From: Octopus sinensis
Lineage: Eukaryota
DNA length: 64,000 bases
Assembly: GCF_006345805.1 (NCBI RefSeq)
Contig: NC_043000.1
Location: forward strand, 152,706,001-152,770,000
Direction of reading: 5' to 3'
The translations under genes and the position numbers were made by a program. Of this stretch, positions 1 to 64,000 are shown one piece after another (the first letter of the stretch is position 1; every line of letters begins with the position of its first letter). Below the pieces are notes generated by a model. It had not been told where the DNA came from. It saw only the letters and a program-made list of their open reading frames with translations, and did not search any database.

Positions 1-181
1 CTTTGCCTTTCATCCTTTCGGGGTCGGTAAAATAAGTAGCAATTGAAGACTGGGATCGATGTAATCGACTTAACCCCTTCCCCGAACTTACTGGCCTTGT
101 GCCAGAATTTGAAATCAATATTTAGTACTTCCGCGGCCGGCGCACACTGAAGCTACACCACTGGTTTTACTAATAAATGCA

Positions 182-187
182 TTTATT
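182..187 (-). terminator. Candidate polyadenylation signal AATAAA
   Basis: tttatt on the + strand, 18 nt downstream of the predicted stop codon. Confidence 0.45.
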
Positions 188-205
188 CAACAGAAGACAT
201 AAAGA

Positions 206-61839
<61,634 letters not shown>

Positions 61840-62273
61840 CTGGCAAAAAAGAAAAAAAAAGTTGGAAAATTAAGCATTTGGTCAAGTTGCAAATAATATC
61901 TTATACCCTCCATTATTTTATTGGGCAACACAGTGGATAGAAAAGGAATTAGGCGTCAGATTAGTCTTATCCACGTAACACTTAAGTTTAAATCCTTATT
62001 TATAAAGATTCTTATATATTTACTTTAGACTTTGACTGAGTATATCAGGTAATCTGCCTTTCCTTCATTTGCATTGCAAATACTCATGTACATGATTGAA
62101 TTTAAAACAGGTGTGTGAGTATCAATGTATGTATATATATATATATAATGTTTAATCATATCAAAAGGAAATGGAATTTAATTAAATTTAAAATATTCAA
62201 TCAAAATTTACATTTCCAGTGGTCTAACGTGCAAAAAAAATTAGTCAAGAAGACTATATATTAGTTATACAAC

Positions 62274-62495
62274 ATAGTGCATATTTATACACATAAGGAA
62301 TCCACTTAGCGTGAGATTTAACACATTAGAGAGAACAGCTAGGTTCTGTAAACCACAAAAATAACGGATAAAATTCCAAATTTATTCCTGTCGAATTTTA
62401 TCTGTTATTTTTGTGGTTTACAGAACCTAGCTGTTCTCTCTAATGTGTTGAATCTCACGCTAAGTGGATTCCTTATGTGTATAAATATGCACTAT
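62274..62495. repeat. Near-perfect inverted repeat (103-bp arms, 16-nt loop), probable MITE
   Basis: 62274-62376 vs 62393-62495, two mismatches. Confidence 0.9.
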
Positions 62496-62498
62496 ATC

Positions 62499-62537
<39 letters not shown>

Positions 62538-62919
62538 TGTGCTTGCCCTTCACATAACTGCTTTACAACCGGTAATGGTTTGCTTACGTCCCGGGTACCT
62601 AGTGGTTCGGCAAAAACGTTCAATAGACTACGTTCCAGGTTTTAAAAAATAAGTACTGGGGTGGATTCATTCGACTAAAGCCCTTCAAGATGCTGCCCCA
62701 GCATGACCGCAGTCTAATGACTAAAACAAGTAAAAAATTAAATAATGCAGTAATATGTAATAATTGATAATATAAATAATATACGACCGGTGCCGTAGAT
62801 GCGTCTGAGACCCCAATAAGGATCGAAAATCGATTAAAGCTTTTCATCATTTTTCAATCTATGGAGATAGCGGTAAATTTGGGATTTTTGTTGATCTACA
62901 CGTAGGTTTACATATCCTA

Positions 62920-62920
<1 letters not shown>

Positions 62921-62950
<30 letters not shown>

Positions 62951-63122
62951 TGTATGTATGTATGTATGTATGTATGTATGTATGTATGTATGTATGTATG
63001 TATGTATGTATGTATGTATGAGTGTGTGTGTATTTGTGTATGTATGTATGTATGTATGTGTGTGTGTGTATTTGTGTATGTATATATGTATGTATGTATG
63101 TATGTATGTGTGTGTATTTGTG

Positions 63123-63156
<34 letters not shown>

Positions 63157-63221
63157 TTCATGTATGTATGAGTGTGTATGAGTGTATGTATGTATGCACA
63201 CACACACACACACACACACAC
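62921..63221. repeat. (TATG)n/(TG)n/(CA)n microsatellite
   Basis: Direct reading. Many shorter (TA)n, (TG)n, (CATA)n and (AAT)n tracts occur elsewhere, e.g. 12118-12220, 21546-21616, 40069-40175, 55357-55420. Confidence 0.95.
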
Positions 63222-63243
63222 GGTTTGAAATTTTTTAACAATA

Positions 63244-63699
63244 TCTCTATATCTACAAACGGAAAAATCTCTGTGTATCTGCGTGTCTGTGTGTCTGTGT
63301 GTCTGTGTGTCCTTTATACAAATCCACAGTTTTTCACGTAAAAGGCTCGCATTTTCTAAAAAAAAAAGTCGATAAACCGACCCCTTACGCCCATAAGTTA
63401 TTTTGCGGCCAAATTCGAGTTTTTCGCTTTCTTCTGCCTCCTTTTTTGTCCGACTAATGGCATGTGCACAGTCCCGCTAATTTTCCCTCATTATGCCGTT
63501 CCAGGTGTGAAAACCGAAGTCCAATGAATATTTATTATCCTCATAAAAAGCTCCAACTAGCTCATAAACAACGAAACTGGCCCGGGCTGAAATGTGATAA
63601 GAAACTTAGCTCTTGATTTAGTGAGAAATTTTTACTGCGACCCGGCAACGAACAACAAGCGCTAGTACTAGACCCGGAAACGCCGGGTCATAGTGCTAA
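63244..63699 (+). mobile_element. Non-autonomous Helitron, family H3
   Basis: A|TCTCTATATCTACAAAC start; cccggaaacgccggg hairpin, then CTAA|T (CTRR). Confidence 0.7.
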
Positions 63700-63720
63700 T
63701 ATATATATATATTAGCACTA

Positions 63721-64000
63721 TGGCTGTGTGGTAAGTAGCTTGTTTACCAACTACATGGTTCCGGGTTCAGTCCCACTGCGTGGCACCTTGGGCAAGTATC
63801 TTCTACTATAGCCTCGGGCCGATCAAAGCCTTGTGAGTGGATTTGGTAGACGGAAACTGAAAGAAGCCCGTCGTATATATATATACGTGTGTGTGTTTGT
63901 CCCTCTAGCATTGCTTGACAACCGATGCTGGTGTGTTTATGTCCCCGTTACTTAGTGGTTCGGCAAAAGAGACCGATAGAATAAGTACTGGGCTTACAAA
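63721..64000 (+). mobile_element. SINE family B (runs off window)
   Basis: Family B head and microsatellite. Confidence 0.9.

Overview
AT-rich, repeat-saturated eukaryotic DNA. It is most likely an octopus/cephalopod genome, inferred from the SINE repertoire and dense (TA)n/(CATA)n microsatellites; no database check was possible. Almost the whole window lies inside one minus-strand gene, a WDR64-like WD40-repeat gene. I reconstructed 26 GT-AG coding exons by hand (61839 down to the stop at 206; 2840 nt, about 945 codons). Intron phases join without a break, and the 5' end lies beyond the window. The introns hold three tRNA-derived SINE families, non-autonomous Helitrons (three sequence types) and a full-length but disabled mariner. 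They also hold pogo/mariner/piggyBac-type MITEs, several long foldback elements, Penelope-like (PLE) remnants, and decayed R2/REL- and RTE-type LINE pieces. The most unusual items are: (i) an inverted PLE-type repeat pair carrying a type I hammerhead ribozyme, each copy with a different inactivating lesion; (ii) two diverged ORF1-only (HAL1-like) retroelements; (iii) a 103-bp near-perfect hairpin and two other large foldbacks in the pre-mRNA; (iv) a candidate extra exon that is one base out of frame. Protein similarities are from memory of the families, not from searches.
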